64,000 nucleotides of DNA from Tubulanus polymorphus. Its lineage: Eukaryota; Animalia; Nemertea. The notes beneath the pieces are model-generated. The model was given only the letters and a program-made list of their open reading frames with translations. It did not search any database and had not been told where the DNA came from. The stretch covers positions 24,948,560 to 25,012,559 of the forward strand of contig NC_134027.1 in NCBI RefSeq assembly GCF_964204645.1, written 5' to 3'. This document shows, piece after piece, positions 22,701 through 36,006 of this stretch; positions within the stretch are counted from its first letter, which is position 1, and every line of letters starts with the position of its first letter. The position numbers were made by a program, and so were the translations under genes.

Positions 22701-25700
22701 AACTAAAATATGTTCTATTCTTCTATATCCACAAAGCAACTTACAACGGTAGATTTTCTTCTTCCGTTCGAAGAATGCTCCAAATTATGTGACACAATTG
22801 ACTTGACTGTTGCATCTGAAAAGATTTCCGAGTTTTCAGATTGGAAATCCAGTTGTAGGATTCTAGCAGCTAGTTACGCACCTTCGCACCAGCATACATG
22901 TTCCAAAACGATTATATCAGTACATACCATACATTTTACGTATTCGATTGCAAGTTTTTTAGCCTTTTCTTTCGAGTCTGTTTTCTTGAATTTCTTCAGA
23001 TATTGACAAACCAGGTCCACGCACTGTAAAACGGTATCAATAACGGCATTCATACGTAACAGATTCAATAAAATAGCATAGCAGACTAAGCTTAACTGAA
23101 TTTGTAAATGCACGCAGACATAAACATGCCAGTACAGTCAAACCCAATAAACCCCTTCCAAAAAACTGCCATCCCCTCCTAATGCCAGGTTTTTCCCTGA
23201 ACAGGACCCAGTTCCACAGTTCTGAGTTAGAGTTATCTCTGACTTTAAATTAGTTCATTTTCGATGTTTTAACTCAAAAAATCAAATCTTAACACACATC
23301 TGTGGAACTGGTTCCTGTATTTCATGTTGGAACCAGTCAAAATGAAACCCTGACATGCCACCATACTCTCTTTACCATCAAAATCTAAAATCACCGATGT
23401 AGACCGTTCTATGGGGGTCGACTGTATCTTGTACTTACACAACTGGCTACAGAATCTTCCAGTGGATCTGGGTCGTAGGCCGGGCCCAGAAACGACGGCA
23501 TCGGACCGAGTATTATTCCGGTACGCGACGGAGGCCTGCTATGCGAACTGGCCACGTTTGAAATCGGTAGATTCTCGGGTGACACTTTCGGCAGAGATGA
23601 CGAAAATTTGCTGAAAATATAAACACAATGGATCTTTAATAAAATCTTATCCACCCCAGTTTCACGAAAAGTGTGTTACCGTACTCAAAGTTTTGGTCAA
23701 ATTGCTTTTGTTTACATCATGAGGTAAATGCCATTCAATTCAAACTTATCCGTTTTGAGCTAAACCTTTGACATCATACCGAACCCTTGCCAAGTTTCGT
23801 AAAAATGTTAATCTCAGATTTCAGTCTACCTAATTGCATATTTTCAATAACTACAAAAATTCAGACTTAACATTATATCCTCTCTCTCGAAAGCCCGCTT
23901 GATTCCTAGATATCAAAAATCAGATTTCTAGAAACAAAAGGTTTTTTACCTTTTAGCTTTGATTGTTATTCGGCGTATTATGGAAATGTTTTCGACTGGA
24001 GCACCAGGAGGCGCGTATGAAGCGCCGCTGGAACTTTTCTTCGAAGATTCGGAACCTTTCTAAAATGGACACACCAATTAGCACAATACACGAGTGAATT
24101 GGGAACATTAAGCTGAAAAGCAATAATTTTAAATGAAGGAACTAGAATTTGATAGTATCGGGGACTTGTTCCATAGTTAATACCGAAGTCCAAAAGTGGT
24201 CTCAAATCTTGAGACTGGTCTCATGTTTTTAGATTGGCTATAGACATAAGTTGGTCTTAAACAGGTGTTAAGTCTAAGCCATGACTATGCAACCGGCCCC
24301 TGAATATTAAAGATTGGAAAACATGAAAGGTGTGATGAAATGAATAGAACCAGGGGCGATTCTAGGATAATAGAAAACATAAAAGAAAAGGAAGCCATGC
24401 TGAAGGCCACAAGCGGGGTTCCACTTCGGTGTTAAGACATTTTATTGTTAAGAACACTTGAAAAGATAAAATTTCTGAGACAAGTGTCGAATTTCTAGGT
24501 TTTGACAAAAAGGCAACTTCAATGGAAAGCAAGTTCGCCTGACCCTAGAAACCACCCTCTCTGCCACCAAACTTTTCAATCACTGTTTGCATAACTACCA
24601 TTTTTGACTGTTGCCACGCCATTCCATTTGCCATCTCGACGGCGAACAACTCCTTCTGTACGAGCTCGTGACAGAATCGAGATCCGAACTCTTTGCTGGC
24701 CTGTAGGTGGCGCTGTAGATTTTTCCACATGTTTTCGCCCGGTGACGACTTATGCTTGTCATCACTTACGGCGAGCATCGCTAGTCCGGGCAACTTTGAG
24801 TAGAAGATTTTCGCCAACACGACATTACCAGGACCCTAATAAACATATTGAACACTTATGTAAAGATCCCAAAGTACAGAATGATAGCACTGGTGCAAAG
24901 TTTCTTAACCAGTGTTACTAGTCAGCGGTCAGTTTCTAAAAGACCAGAGTCCAGTTTCATAGTTCCGATTTGCCTCAGAGTTAACTCATTGAATATGAAC
25001 TAACTTTAACTCAGTGTTAACTCTAACTCGCAACTGTGGAACTGGGTCCAGTGTTTTCCATGATAAATAGTAATGTCGCAATCAATTTATTTGAGACAAT
25101 CATTTGGACGCAATGTTAATAACTCTTTCAGTGTTGACCAATTCTTTCCATAGAGTGCAGGAGATAATTTGAACATTTTGGAAAATCCCCTCCCCTCCAG
25201 TGGTAAGGTTCTAATTCTCTCTAGTCAAACTCAGGACTAAGGAACTGACCCTGGTAATTTAGTAACTGGTGAACATGACTTGTTAAGACTGCTTAACTTA
25301 CAACAACCTTTCAATAACTGATCCCTGTACTGTGGTATATAAACCCTGATTAACATTCATACCCTTTAAAGAATTCATAAACAGTAAACTTTGCCTAAGT
25401 CCGAATATTTCGATGTTTTTAAAACATTACTTGTAGACGTTCATTTAATTTGTCCATTACAGAAATAAACTCTCAAATCATAGTTTTAGGAAAATGCTGG
25501 AAATCCGACTTATTCAAAGCAGAGGATTTTCCTGGTTCATGACTTACGAGTTCTGAATATCCTCGACAAGTTTCACTCGCCGTAAACGGTAACAGCCTCA
25601 TGTAATCTTTCTCTAAAATTCTCCTCGTCGAAGCAAAAGTCGATGCTGTGTTTATATTAAGAATAGAAAGTGCATCGAATAAGAAATTTTCATTTCGTGA

Positions 25701-28700
25701 TCAAAGGGCAACTTAAAAATGAGATAAGGACCCAGTTCCACAGTTGTGAGTTAAGATTCAACTGAGAGTTAACTCATTGAAATTTCAACTAAAGAGTTAA
25801 CTGTAACTCACAACTGCGGAACTGGGTCCAGTAGCCAGTTCTAAGTATGTTCAATACCAACTAGATGTTCCACGTTTTTGTTTAAAAGTGATTGAAATTA
25901 TCCTGATTAAGAAAACTAGACACTGAAAGATCCACTTGGTTTCCCCAGCCCGGAAAAGCAAATGTATATTATTTACCGATCAGAAATTCCTTTAAAACAA
26001 CCAAAATTTCCGGGCTAGTCGGCGTTCGAAAAATATGTTCCATTATCTGAAAACGTGAACGGATGGAGATAGAAAATGGAGAATTTCGTGGAAACGATTT
26101 CAAAGAAGCGCGAACTTCATCTTCATACCCGTTTGAAGAACGCGATGTCGCGACAGTGGATAGTCGCGTAATGTTGAACGGCCAGTTTCATCGATGGAGA
26201 CAATTGATCTTGTTCGAGGCGATTCATCATTTTCTCGCGATCGAAATTAACTTTGTAGAAATTCTGCGTTTCCAAGTCGTACCACCAATTACCTGAATGT
26301 GTAGATCTTATTTCAAAAACATCTCAATATTTAGACTGAGAATCGATTGAAGCTCAGCTATACGTGAAGGAAGCATTACCATATATTCATACATAAAATC
26401 AGTGGACATCCTTTACTAAACAAATCCTAAATGAGATTTTAGAATATCCTCTTTGAATATCACATTTTTTAAAACTAGTTCTAGTAATCTTTCTCTTAGG
26501 TTATGAAGTCTGACTTGTCTGAGGGGTTAAGTTCCTCTTGGTTTATCAAATCAACTGACGGTTCAATCAACCTTAGCATTGAAATCAAGACTGGTCCATA
26601 AAATCTTTACTCAACAACCATATACATGTAGTTTGATTAACCTCAACAACCATATACATGTAGTTTGATTGACCCTAGGGTTAGAGGTATCAACGGGTGT
26701 AAACCAGGCCCAGTTTAAATTTTGGGATTTTACCTGATCCGACTCGATCCGACGTAACTGTTACCAAAATAGAATTCGTCTTCAGCGGAGGTAAAATTGT
26801 TTGATCTGAAAATCAGAAAAACTGATTTAGGCAATTTATTGCAATTTAGGCAATGACCAATGACAACTTAGAGCCCTTAACAATTTCATGGCCTGAAGGT
26901 ATTTTAGTTAACTGTCCAAGTGAGAACAATTAAAAAAGCTTCTCTGATGAAACTTTTAAGGGTTATCGGGTTAGAACTAGATTTGGTTCACGCACGGAGG
27001 TACCCCTGGTACATCAGCGAACTGACCAATGAGAACTTAGAACATTTTAACAATCCCAGTTTGATTGGCCAGTATATAATTGCATTTTAGTAAACTGACC
27101 AATGAGAACTAAGAACACTTAAAAAACCCATTTTGATAGACCATTGTGGATATAATGGAGTTCCAGCAAACTGACCAATCAGAACTTAGAACATTTGAAC
27201 TACTAGTAAAGCAACCCATCAGTGAGACATTACCGTGGCTGATAATGTGATGACATGGTTCCAATTCGATGCCGACATTCAGTAAATGAGTAAAGTGTCC
27301 CGGACAATAGACAAGTAAATAATCATCTGAAACAAGTGAAATAAGTGGTTATAATATATATTATGACAAAGTATTCAAATTTCAAAATTTTGATCAATAT
27401 CAGAAAGGACATAATAAGACATTAATCATTTCAAAACGAAATCATAAATTCTTAGGAGTTTCCATTTGGGATCATTCATTTATTACGTAAGCATAAAATT
27501 TGAATTTTTCAACCCCCCTTCCCCTTCTGTATGCAAAATCGGCCATTTTTTCACAGCATTAAGCATTACAGTACGCAATTGACCCCTCCCCCCTTCTCTA
27601 ATGCGTACGTAATAAATGAATGACCCCTCACAAATCATTATGAAAGGAGTAACTAAAAAATATATCAATTTAGAAGACTGAAAAGAGATTTTTTGATAAT
27701 CGCACTTCACTTACTTAGCCACGAAAAAACGAGCCTTGTTCCCTTTGACGACTTTGGTACGTTTGGTAAAACACAACGAATTGTTTTCTCTGTACAAAAC
27801 AAAACATCTAAAACAGTTACAAGTCTAAACATGACTCGGCAAGGATTCAAACTTGATGAAAAAGAAAACCCTTCCTGAATGGACCCAGTATTGCAATGAT
27901 TTCATTATACAATGTAAATATATTTAGCTAGGGTTATTAAATTCAAGCAAAAAAGACCAGCTGCAATGGGTAAAACTGAAACCCATCTCTGAGGTTTTCG
28001 AGGAGAGAAGATGGTGCTGGGAAGAGGCATTCTCAACAAGCCCGCTGATGCCCTCCCAAGAGGCGCTCTCCCATGGAGAGGTCAGCCCTCTAGAAATATC
28101 TGAAAGCATTCCATGACCTGAGAACTGGAAGAAAAAGATCGGACACGGGAAACAGCCTGAAGGAAGGCAACTGATCAACATGTCAGGAGGACCCTAGCTG
28201 TAGCTCCATGTGCCAGCTAGGGTGGTCCTAAGGTATTCATCTACATCTATATCTACATAGGTACGTCACTCTGTCACGACTTGATAATCCTGATATCCGA
28301 TACCAATTGATATCTGGTATTCATGAATCTATACAATTAGCAATCAGATTGTCACAGCACAAACATGGACACAGGCACTACTGAGACAGACAGGCAGGCA
28401 GAGTGTAAAATGTGAGCTACAGTGACAAATTTAAGGCTGCCAAGTCATCCATATTTACCATTATGCAACATCAATACACTGTATTGCGCAATGTCCTCTT
28501 GTTTATTGTTGTTGCCAGCAGCCGACTGACCCACCGTTGAAACACTTGATGGTCGCCGCTGAAAGAACGCTTCGTTAAATCAGTAACAATTTTTTAGAAA
28601 TGTGCTTACAACCAGTCTCAAAACCTTAGCACGCACCTTTCCAAGTGATTTCGGTTGATCGTCACAAGGGGGGTGTTCGTAACAAACGCAAAATGTTCCA

Positions 28701-30656
28701 TTCGGCTGTGTTAGTACTTGCATATTGAAGAAAATATCTGTAACAAACGGAGGTAGATTTCATCTAAAAAGTTTACCGATGGAAACTGCCCATTTAAACT
28801 CAGATTCTCAGAACCCTTTCAGTGCTGACTAAAAATACCCGAAACTGCTGGATATAATTTGAAAATTTGAAAAATAAATTTCACCCAGTGTCGAATAACG
28901 GGCATACCGCTTTAGTGTGTCTACACCACAGTGCGGTGTATCGCTAGTGAATAATATTGCACTATGTTTGACATCTTTCAATAGAGTTAAAAACTAACTA
29001 CTATTACCATCAATACACTGCGATGCGGTGTACTAGAAAAGTCGACCAGCAGTTTATACATTGCACTGTGGTGTAGATGGACTTAAAAGGCTAAGCTTTC
29101 AGTACATACCAGGTGTATAGTTAGCAGGGGCACAATCCTCATAGGCCACTCTTGAATAGGAGCGTTGGCTGTATACTGGCAAATTCAACGATACCTCAAA
29201 CTAGAGAAAAAAAAATTAACTGTAAACCCATTCATCTCTACTTATGACAGTCAAAGCAGTAAACCTAATGCTGGTATCAATCTGAGTCTGGAATTTCAGA
29301 AAGACAATCTGACTATACCTCCAATTTACTATCATTCCTGATTGACCCAATCGAGCCAAGTCTTTCAGGACAGGTTTTTGACGACAGTCATAATCCGTCA
29401 CTCACCACTGGAAAGTAGTTCGTAGCCGTACAACCGAACTGATAGCACGTCAGATAATAAGGGGGCGGAGTTTCGTCGTCGTAGCAGACGGACGATCGAC
29501 GCAATCGTTTCTGTACGACGTATAACTGTTGATTCACGGTGTCCCACTGAGCCCACAGAAATTTCTTCAACATTTGCTCGCGGCGAGGTTGGTCGCACAT
29601 GATCTGAAACAACGCGATGAATGATGAATAAATATTTGATCTTAGCTAGAAGTCAGTATCCGATATGAAGAGCTAGATCCAGTTCTTCATTAGTGTGGGT
29701 TTAATTTGGACCCAGTTCCATAGTAGCATGGGTTTGATATGAATGTGAATCCAGTTACTCAGTTGTAATTGTTTAATTTTACTGTTGATCCAGTTCCACA
29801 GCTGAGTGGGTTTAATCTGACTCTGCACTCAGTCACATGTGGCTTTAGTTCAGACTCTGGATCCAATTCCACAGTTGTGTCGATTCAATCAGTGGCAATT
29901 GGTCTCCAGTAGTCAGAGGCAAATGTTAGCCAATCGCGATCGTAAAATTACACATTGCAAAACACCTCAGAATTTGCGAAATTCAAACGTACCAATCGGC
30001 CTTCTCCTGCTCGAGCCATCGGAAAATGATATAAACCAACCGCTGAAAGTAAATTATAATAAACCTTTCGATTTTTACTATGACGGTTTGACACTCTGGT
30101 CTTTATTTGCGACACATTGCAAATTTCTACCTCTTCTCATCCTACCTCTGCAGGGATTTGAACCAGATGGCACCTAGCCATGGCAAGAAACCCTGGTGGT
30201 TATCAGTGTTAGTCGACTATTTGCGAATTAAATCAAACTGAATATCAGTTAGTCAGAACTTACAGTACAAAAAAAGTGAACCACACAATTGAGCACGGTC
30301 GCTGTAGTTCGGACCACTAGTCGACTAACTAGAAAACTGAACTTCGCCCTGCTTGATTAGCCCCAGTGTACAGGTACAGCGCGCAGATTGCCTGTTGTTT
30401 AATAATCACCGAAGCAAATTCATGGAAAGCCATCTGTGAAATAAATAACCCAGGTTAAAATAAGAGATTTCTGATAATTACATCATGGCTAAGTGCGCAT
30501 GTACCAATGCGCTGGGCTAATCAGACAGGGTTTCGTGCCAGGCCGAGTCTCGCGATTACATCAGTTCGAAACCGTGCTGAAGGAGGATGACCACTTCTAG
30601 AATCGTAAGATTCATACGCCTGATGATGGCTAAGTTTTTTTAGCTGAAACGTCGCT

Positions 30657-30745
<89 letters not shown>

Positions 30746-33623
30746 TTTCACTTTGCATTTTTGGCTTAATCAATGTGGGATTTGTCGCTTTTATTCATCA
30801 AACGCGGATATTGTGTATCTTATCGACTCATTACTTCTAGACTTACAATCTTTATGTAACAGCATGAGCATCCGTGATTCGCGTTCGGCGACGTCGTTAT
30901 AACCAGTTTTCTGTCGGTCGTACAGGAAGTTCAGCTGAATGTGATTGATGCTCTCGATGTTCAACGAGAACATACGATTCTGAGGAATGATCTCGGCGAC
31001 GTAACCTTTATAGACGTTCTCGTCTAAAACCAGAAATAAACGAGAGATTCTAACGAATCGGGGTCGATACAGATCGGTCATTCTGGGACGTACAGATTTT
31101 TCATGAAAATTCCAAATTTCGAAGAAGTGTCCGCATCACTCCTGACTCCAGACTCCTGGTATATCAATACTGTTTATCTCCATAAACCGTTATTTCCATT
31201 GTTTTCTAAGTAAATTTCTATCCTTTTCACTACCGGCACTTGGTTTTTAATCGGGGTACCCGTAGCGCTACTGTGGCAATCGAGGATTCCACTTATGGCA
31301 GGCGAGGATCCACCAGGTTCGCTAGTGGTTACCGCGCTTCAATTTCTTCTACATTTCAATTTTTCTGATTAGTAAAATCAATTTCTAATAAAACTATACC
31401 GTAAACTCATTTGGAAAGTCAATGTTATATCTATTCGATGACTTATTTGACAACATTTTGATTTGGGAGCCTAAAAATCCAGTTCAAAGTTCATTGAACT
31501 TATTTTCACTACATATAACTGAGTGTATTGTAGCGCCTTCTGGTTTGTGCCCATACCACTTTTACCGCTTAATTGGTTAAAATTATAGTTCCAAGCTAAA
31601 GTTCAAAGTTGTTAACAACTTCGAACCTAAAAACATAAGTCCAACTCTATTTATTTGTTTATTGTTCAAAATTGCAGGAGTCTTTAAGGAGTTTTGGGCA
31701 GTCTTATATCTATTCGATGACTTGTTTGATTTGGATTTGGAAGCCTAAAAATCTAGTTCAAATTTCATCGAAAACTCATTTTCATTACAAATAGCTTTTT
31801 GTATTGCATTTATCTGGTATTTTCACAAATAGCCTCGTGTATCGTTGCGCCCTCTGGTGGGTTTTATTTTCATATTTTAACAAAATCGTGCGCAAGAGAA
31901 TTACAACGGAGTCCGATGAAGAATCCACGACTTACATTTGTTCTCTTTGTTACTTTTTCCTAAAGCGGGTATCGACTCCAGGCATGTGAAGGCTGTCGAT
32001 GGAAAAAAATACAAATAAATTCATAAGAATTAAGGGATGAACGAGGACAAAACGTTGACGCACTTCAAATCAAAAACCCTCTATTTACGAACCAGCTCAG
32101 AAAAATATCTTACCTACTAACGTCCTCTCTTGATTGATGCTAGCATTGACGATATGTACGCACGTGTCATGGATAAAAATGACCTTAAAAAAAAAAAACA
32201 GCAGATCACGGACGGGTTTTAAGTTATTAGATTATACATTATTGAACGAAAATGAAGAAAAATCGAAGAAAGTTAAATCGGTCTTAGATCTCCTTAACTT
32301 TGAAATTGCTGCCCACGTAAGCAGCCTGACGTACCTTGCAAGCGGAACGCCTGAAGTCGGACACAGCCAGCTGCGTTATTTTTTCCGTGAACTAAACGAA
32401 ATAAAAACACCTTTTAGTTAGCCCACTTCTAGAATCTAATAACGTCAGTACGTATTTCTGGCAGCGTTTTGAACTTCATAATCGAATTGAGTTTCGGTAC
32501 TTCTGCAACTGTTCGATTCATTGTCTGTTAGGAAGCAGGGGCCGATCTAGGAAGAGTACAGGAGATAAGTACCACTGCGTAGAAGGGGTCAAAAATCATC
32601 AATCTATATTTTTCATACTTCAACCGAGACAATTTCATGATCGATTTAAAAAAAGCACCCGATATCTCAGAATAAAGTAGGCTAAAAATACATCCAGGAC
32701 CCAGTTCCACAGTTGTGAGTTAGAGTTAACTTTGAGTTAAAGTTAGTTCATTTTCGATGTTTTAACCCAGGGTCAAATCTTAACTCAGAACTGTGGAACT
32801 GGGTCCAGATTATTATTTAACAAACTGGAAGTTACGGGGGATCTGCACTCTATCTACGTACGCGCATGCGTGAAGGAATAGGGTTAGGGTAAGGTGAGGC
32901 TTTATATAAAATCAAATTAACTCACTCAACCTCCAGTCGTGTGCTGTGGCGCAGTGGGTAAAGCGCTCTACTACTTTTTGGTTTTGTTTCGAATCCCAAT
33001 ATTATAAATCAGAATTTTACTCTATTGCGCATGCGCTAACTGTCCTCCATAACCGGAGCTGTCGCACTCCGTTTACGGACTCCGAGCCACAGGGTTTTAT
33101 TTAAAAGACACAACAGCGTTCGTGTACTTACATTGCCATCGATGGGAACCGAATCCCAACTAAACAGAATTGTTCCATCTTTTTCGAAGCCAACAATACG
33201 AAAATTCTCCAAATTCGATCCTGATTCGAAGATAAGATAAAGAAAAACGCTATCGGGCTATCATGGCCATAGGGCAGGGGCACAGGGACTTGACACAAAA
33301 GGATTTTGACCCCAGTATCCTAGGTACTATATACAAAAAAAAACTTTTTTTATATATATAGTACCTAGGATACTGGGGTCAAAATCCTATTGTGTCAAGT
33401 CCCTGTGGGCAGGGGTAGGCCTTAACTAACTCATGGATGGTTCTCCTCTGCTCTCTGACTCTCAGGACATGCAGAGGACCTCTCGACTCGTCTCAGAACA
33501 GAAGGTTTATTGGACCTGACCACATGAAGTCAAATCACGGTACTTACTGCCGTCAACTGAATTTTCAACGGCAAACGGTAATAAATCTGCATGGCAGTTT
33601 ATCGCACATGACAAATCCAACAT
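19765..33623 (-). CDS. GSAP: Gamma-secretase-activating protein (GSAP/PION/pigeon) orthologue, about 20 or more exons
   Basis: Phase-consistent exons 33623-33548 (MLDLSCAINCHADLLPF), 33220-33132 (ENFRIVGFEKDGTILFSW), 32391-32335, 32183-32114 (IVNASINQERTLV), 31992-31936, 31023-30847 (VAEIIPQN..LNFLY), 30042-29993, 29603-29406 (FLWAQWDTVNQQLY), 29200-29110. Further exons lie between 27.8 and 20.5 kb and were not all delimited. Then FPPLNTFVEML (~20400-20298) and the last exon 19883-19765 (FIEQSAL...*). The motifs match GSAP as I recall it (FVWAQWD..QRLY, SVNSERTLLA). Confidence 0.88.
21346..21640. mobile_element. piggyBac-like MITE (second copy at 28811-29094)
   Basis: Ends (C)CTTTCAGTGC...GCACTGAATGGG-TTAA. 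A diverged full-length copy lies in another GSAP intron. Confidence 0.6.
21995..22426. repeat. Tandem array of ~85-bp units derived from a Tc1/mariner-pogo-type TIR
   Basis: About 5 copies of GTTATAACGAACAGATTTTCTGGTC..GAAGTTCGTTGTAACGAGGTTCCACTGTA. A further fragment is at ~51890-51965. Confidence 0.8.
23206..23314. mobile_element. ~110-bp palindromic PIF/Harbinger-like MITE family (GACCCAGTTCCACAGTT...AACTGTGGAACTGGGTC)
   Basis: Copies at ~23206, 24948, 25729, 32698, 46421, 48682 and 52605, with decayed tandem ends at 29.7-29.9 kb. Flanks are usually CAG or CTG. Confidence 0.8.
27468..27627. mobile_element. Harbinger-like MITE (inverted copy at 47895-48053)
   Basis: TIRs GGGATCATTCATTTATTACGTA/TACGTAATAAATGAATGACCCC. 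Confidence 0.7.
27950..28235 (+). mobile_element. Decayed 3' end of an RTE-like LINE
   Basis: GC-richer, CpG-poor patch with an RRWCW-type remnant, ending in short (TCTA) repeats. Stops and frameshifts are present. Confidence 0.4.
30618..30655 (+). ncRNA. Minimal type I hammerhead ribozyme (third sequence variant)
   Basis: GC-CUGAUGA-U-GGCUAAG-uuuuu-UUAGCU-GAAAC-GUC-GC, followed by (TA)n and a TGTGGGATT tail like that of family B. Confidence 0.7.
30660..30743. repeat. (TA)n microsatellite
   Basis: About 42 perfect TA units. Confidence 0.98.
32935..33000 (+). mobile_element. tRNA-derived SINE head, decayed
   Basis: A box TGGCGCAGTGG and B box-like TTTCGAATCCC. No complete cloverleaf. Confidence 0.45.
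33281..33407. mobile_element. P-element-superfamily MITE in GSAP intron 1
   Basis: Palindrome CACAGGGACTTGACAC...GTGTCAAGTCCCTGTG with 8-bp TSD GGCAGGGG (33273-33280, 33408-33415). CANRG termini. Confidence 0.8.
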
Positions 33624-34763
33624 TATCGACACATCTGACAGTTTCAGCCGTTCACCAGCAGAATTTGCGGAAATGAATTCGGGTTTTCCCCAGACAAGTA
33701 TTTCCGGGTTTAATTCGTATCGAGCAGGACACTTTCAATTCAATACAATTTTATTTTATTCAGGAATATATCATACGGGCGTGAAGCAGTAGTTGAGTAT
33801 AATGAAATCTAAGTGACGGATGCCTCGTCACAACCAATTATCTAGTACATAGAAGTGTAAATAAAGAAAACGTAGGATTCGTAATCTTGTACGTTTTGGC
33901 GAGTCTAAACAGAAAATATCACCCAAAATATATATTGTCCCTGCCTGAGAAAGATATGAACACATAAAAATTGACGGTTTTGTAAACGAATGTCCCTTAC
34001 AGGGAAAATCACTAGATTTGATTTCATGTGTAATGACTTATTGTAAGAATGTTAAGACCAGTGGTCGATTTTCTAGTTTTCTAGTCAACTGAGCCCGCAG
34101 GGATGCAAAAATTATGGAAATCAATTTTCGTAAGAAAGACATCGAAAATTCGCCCTGACTCAAATTGTAAATTGTGAAATTGTAAATTGAAATTTTACGT
34201 TAATGCATAGTTTCCGATGGGGCTTTCTTTCGTGGTGACCTTGTGATTATATCCGCATTTAGTGGTCGCACCCCACCCAAAAACAACAAACAAAATCGCT
34301 TTCGAAATCCTATGCTATCAGCGGCTGCTACAGCAGGCCTACCAAGCTCAGACAGAGAGCCAGACACAGAGCCGGTATCCTCAGGATTGGCAGCGACGCG
34401 TTCTAAAAAAGAGACTGAGATCATCACAATTTGTGCCACCAAGAGCTAAAACAGAAATTCAATCTTTTCTCAAGACTAAAGATTTTTCAGAACTCCAGAT
34501 ACTAATAGCGCAGCAGTCAGGACTATAAGCTTACAATATCTTTAATGCCACCTAAGTGCAGAAATTACATTCAAATGCGCTGACAGTTCGCGATTTTTCA
34601 GAACTCCATTTTATCTTCGCACGCTTGCTCTCTTTGTGATGCTTGTCCTTTTTCAGTATATATGCCCGTTTCATTTCTTGTGCTCCTGTCAAACTCTGTC
34701 CCTGGAAACCCCCCCCCCCCCGTTATTGATGAATCATTCCGTTGAATCGACGATTCAAAAGGA

Positions 34764-34865
34764 GGGGGATTTTAACCTACTTTGAAGAATTGGGGATTTT
34801 TACCCAGGGGATTTTTATCAAGGGGATTTTTACCTAGGGGATTTTTACCGCTAATTTTTACCGCT
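34764..34865. repeat. Minisatellite of GGGGATTTT(T)A units
   Basis: Five GGGGATTTT units, four of them with ~15-bp spacing. Confidence 0.8.
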
Positions 34866-36006
34866 TACCGCTAACCCGTCAAATCATCTTATAAAGGTAA
34901 AAACTACATTGGTGGTTCCACATGTAAATCGTTTCTTTATTTTCATATAAGTAACCTAAACTTAACTAAAATTAGTCAGAGGTAAGACTTGTGGAATAAG
35001 TGTTCGCATCCTTATTTGAAACTTGCAGGTATGTGTTTGTACCCTGTCGGTGACGAATGTCATTATCAGTTCGTTGTGAATATTTTGGCGCTGTAAAAAT
35101 GCGCCTAATCCCACATCCAACTGCTTTCAATTCGAAGTTGTAATGCAACACAAAAAAAAACGATTATGAATTTAGAAATGTGTGTATCTTCGTCATCAAA
35201 ACATTCGATTAGAGTTTCAGTTATCTGTAACACATGTACGAGCCTTCTTTATTTTCTTGTGTGTGTAAGATTAATTACCTTCTAAATGGATCTCAATTGT
35301 CACGTGTAAATCGAAATAAACGTAGACTCGTATGCCTGGTCCGACCAAATAAAATTTGTGTTGTTTTAATCTTGTAAAATAACTTTAATTTTCTTTTTAA
35401 CATCATTCGGACGACTATTATCACGGAATCTATAATTACCTTTGTTAACTCATTATTTACCAGGGCGCGATACTTTTGTATAAATTTCTTATCTGTAGTA
35501 TTCGTGTACAAATTTTTTTATCATCGATATATTTCTTTGTCTAGGGCAGCCCGTAATTAGGTACAGTCTCTAGACTTGTGGGTGTCCTCGCAATAAGTTA
35601 CATTAATTTCAAATGTTCCATATTGTATATATGCACGAATATGATAGAATTTGTAATCGGTTCATTTCTATGGCTGCCGGGTCTGTCATGATAAAATTGA
35701 TCACAATTTAGAGAAAGTAATGTACCGAGTAGATAGGGCGGCCGGCCTGGTCAAGTTTTAAGCTCATGGGCATAGCAGAGAAACAAGGCACGTATTAATT
35801 TTTGTTAGGCTTACATTCTCAAATGTCCCATGTATATATGTATGTATGTATAATTAGTTATTGAGAAATAAAATGCATCCTTCGTTCGTTTGCTCGATCA
35901 GAAATTCCTATCAAACAAGAGACGTTTTCAACTGGATAAATCATCAAAGTGTCATGCTTTTAGTTTTTTTCCCGTGTTCAGTAGATCGTCGCCAACCTGC
36001 GAGATT

